The notes beneath the pieces were generated by a model. The model did no database searches. It saw only the letters and a list, made by a program, of their open reading frames with translations, and had not been told where the DNA came from. Of a DNA stretch of 27,620 nt, positions 25,777-27,620 are shown piece by piece. Position numbers and translations under genes: made by a program. Location: IMG/VR virus record IMGVR_UViG_2506381017_000002, one strand, 5' to 3'. Source of the stretch: a virus. Taxonomy: Duplodnaviria; Heunggongvirae; Uroviricota; Caudoviricetes. The stretch's first letter is position 1; every line of letters starts with the position of its first letter.

Positions 25777-26205
25777 ATGAAGACTTTCCAGGTTACTATT
25801 ACTAATGAATGGTTTAACGCAAGCGAAGAATTAATTGCAGTTGTACAACAGCTATATGATTTACGTACAGCTTTACTTAAAACAAAATCATTGGAGGGCT
25901 ACAAAGCTTACTGTAATTGCTACACTAAGATGAACGCTCTATTGCGCAAGATAACTAAGACTGAAACAGCTAATGTGATGCTATGTAAGGTTGAACGTGG
26001 AATCTGTTGGATCTTAGAACTTGATTATCTTGAAGATGGCGATTCTCCAATTGAAATCTATGGTTGGCCGTCTATAGAAGAATTAAACGAAGAAGGCTTA
26101 GATACTCTCAAGGGAGAAAATATTACAGTAGTTCGTCTAGATGAAGAACTAGAAGATAATGACGAAGAAGGTTTCATCGAAGAATTAGTGGACGAATTTA
26201 AATAA
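25777..26205 (+). CDS. Hypothetical protein with acidic C-terminal tail
   Basis: Start revised to ATG 25777 (GAGAGG SD 9 nt upstream), giving 142 aa; ends 'LDEELEDNDEEGFIEELVDEFK'. Confidence 0.7.
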   Translation: MKTFQVTITNEWFNASEELIAVVQQLYDLRTALLKTKSLEGYKAYCNCYTKMNALLRKITKTETANVMLCKVERGICWILELDYLEDGDSPIEIYGWPSIEELNEEGLDTLKGENITVVRLDEELEDNDEEGFIEELVDEFK

Positions 26206-26225
26206 TAAGGTGGACTTTAATAAAT

Positions 26226-27590
26226 ATGATAGAAACAATCATTAATAACTTAAAAGCAATTATTGATGAAATTAGTGCGGAGAGCTCTAACAACAACAAA
26301 ATTACTATCTTAAAGAAGAATGCGGATAATGAAGAATTCAAAAAACTATTAAAGTTTGTCTATGACGACTTTATTCGTACAGGGTTATCAGTAAAGACGT
26401 TGAACGAAACACCGAGATCAAGTGTTGCGACTACAGATTATACTGGTGAATATACTCTTGAAGGTTTGATGAATTACGTAAGGGAACATAATACTGGGAC
26501 CCTATCCACTGTATACTTGATTCAAGACTTTGCTTCATTATTTGATGATGACACTAAGCAGTTTATCTATCAAATTTTTGGTAAAGAATTAAAGATCGGT
26601 ATCACGGCCAAAACTATTAATAAAGCGCTAGGCAAAGGATTTATCCGTGAATTTAGCGTTCAACTTGCGCATCCTTATCATAAGTATACAGAAAAGGTTC
26701 CAGGTAACGAATTTACCTTAACTCAGAAGTTGGACGGCCATAGATCTGTATTTATTGTTAAGAATGGCAAGGGGCAATTCTATACTCGTAAAGGGTTGCC
26801 GATTAATGGATTAGAGATACAAACAGAACAAGCGTTAAAACTTGCTGATTCGCTTGGGAATCATGGCGCTGAGGATTATGTATTAGATGGAGAACTATTG
26901 TTATCTAATGATGAGAATATGGAAACAAAAGATTTATTCCGTGCCACCTCACGTATATTACGTAGTGAGACTGCCGATAAGAGTAATATTCAATATAATG
27001 TCTTTGACGCCCTGTCCACAAAGGAATTCGAGGATGGTAAATCTGAAAATACATTTGACGATCGTAAAAGGTTCTTAACGATGGCTTTTAGCGACTTTGA
27101 TTACAATGAACCACAATCAATTGATCATATTCATCTTGTTAAAGATTTATATGTAGGTTCTGATATTTCAATAATTAAGAAACTGCAACATGAATTCGTT
27201 GAACCAAATGGTTGGGAGGGGCTTATGCTAAATCTTAATAATGAATATTATGTAACCAAGCGAACAAGTGGATTGCTTAAAATTAAGGAGTTCTTTGATG
27301 CCGACGTCTTGGTGAAGGATATATTCGAGGGGACCGGCAAGTTTAAAGGAACCCTTGGCGGAATTGTTGTTGATTACAAAGGATATGATATTCGTGTCGG
27401 GTCTGGATTTACGGACGCTGATAGAGAATGTTATTGGAATAATCCAGATGAGATTATTGGCAAGATAGTTGATATTAGCTATTTTGAAGAAACACACAAC
27501 CAGAAGAACGACGATATCAGTCTTCGTTTTCCCACATTTCTCTCAGTAAGATTTGACAAGACACCTGCTGACATTTCATATGAGGTTTAG
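26226..27590 (+). CDS. ATP-dependent DNA ligase
   Basis: Motif I 'QKLDGHR', III 'LDGEL', IIIa 'FDAL', IV 'EGLML', V 'LLKIK'; C-terminal OB 'VGSGFTD...SLRFP'. Confidence 0.95.
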   Translation: MIETIINNLKAIIDEISAESSNNNKITILKKNADNEEFKKLLKFVYDDFIRTGLSVKTLNETPRSSVATTDYTGEYTLEGLMNYVREHNTGTLSTVYLIQDFASLFDDDTKQFIYQIFGKELKIGITAKTINKALGKGFIREFSVQLAHPYHKYTEKVPGNEFTLTQKLDGHRSVFIVKNGKGQFYTRKGLPINGLEIQTEQALKLADSLGNHGAEDYVLDGELLLSNDENMETKDLFRATSRILRSETADKSNIQYNVFDALSTKEFEDGKSENTFDDRKRFLTMAFSDFDYNEPQSIDHIHLVKDLYVGSDISIIKKLQHEFVEPNGWEGLMLNLNNEYYVTKRTSGLLKIKEFFDADVLVKDIFEGTGKFKGTLGGIVVDYKGYDIRVGSGFTDADRECYWNNPDEIIGKIVDISYFEETHNQKNDDISLRFPTFLSVRFDKTPADISYEV

Positions 27591-27620
27591 AAGAAGCAAA
27601 AACTTTTTCAAAAAAAACGT

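Larger units (their letters stand above)
1..27620 (+). mobile_element. Segment of a large tailed phage/prophage (SPbeta-like siphovirus architecture): tail, lysis and replication modules
   Basis: Co-oriented TMP, tail-tip and fibre genes, endolysin, two free-standing homing-type endonucleases, primase, DnaE and ATP-dependent ligase; no bacterial housekeeping genes. Confidence 0.93.

Noticed and set aside
310-27497. All minus-strand ORFs in the track (60-96 aa)
   Set aside because: They lie antisense to long, motif-supported + strand genes and show no recognisable motifs; treated as shadow ORFs.
1-27620. tRNA/rRNA genes or large ncRNAs (ROOL, GOLLD)
   Set aside because: No cloverleaf was seen, and no intergenic gap is long enough (all under about 200 nt).

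Overview
The window is a gene-dense, entirely + strand segment of a large, probably SPbeta-like siphovirus or prophage. The likely host is a lactobacillus, inferred from a signal-peptide GH25-LysM lysin and a fructan hydrolase. Gene order: 3' end of the tape measure protein (TMP); a membrane-anchored moron-like gene; tail-tip, baseplate and fibre genes; a Zn-ribbon-repeat endonuclease; the endolysin; a NUMOD4-HNH endonuclease; a 1475-aa collagen-like fibre ending in a GH32 levanase; two terminators; then a replication module (primase, PD-(D/E)XK nuclease, DnaE, ATP-dependent ligase). The most notable observations are: (1) a tail-hub protein fused to a flagellinolysin-like gluzincin protease; (2) a fibre-borne LevB-like levanase with an intact catalytic triad; (3) a ~185-aa segment of the TMP repeated, diverged, at the C-terminus of the next tail protein; (4) a two-state, SD-sequestering structured leader in front of an unknown gene between dnaE and the ligase; (5) recurring hairpin-ACATA elements, two of which bracket the moron. 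All family assignments come from motif recognition by eye; no database searches were run.
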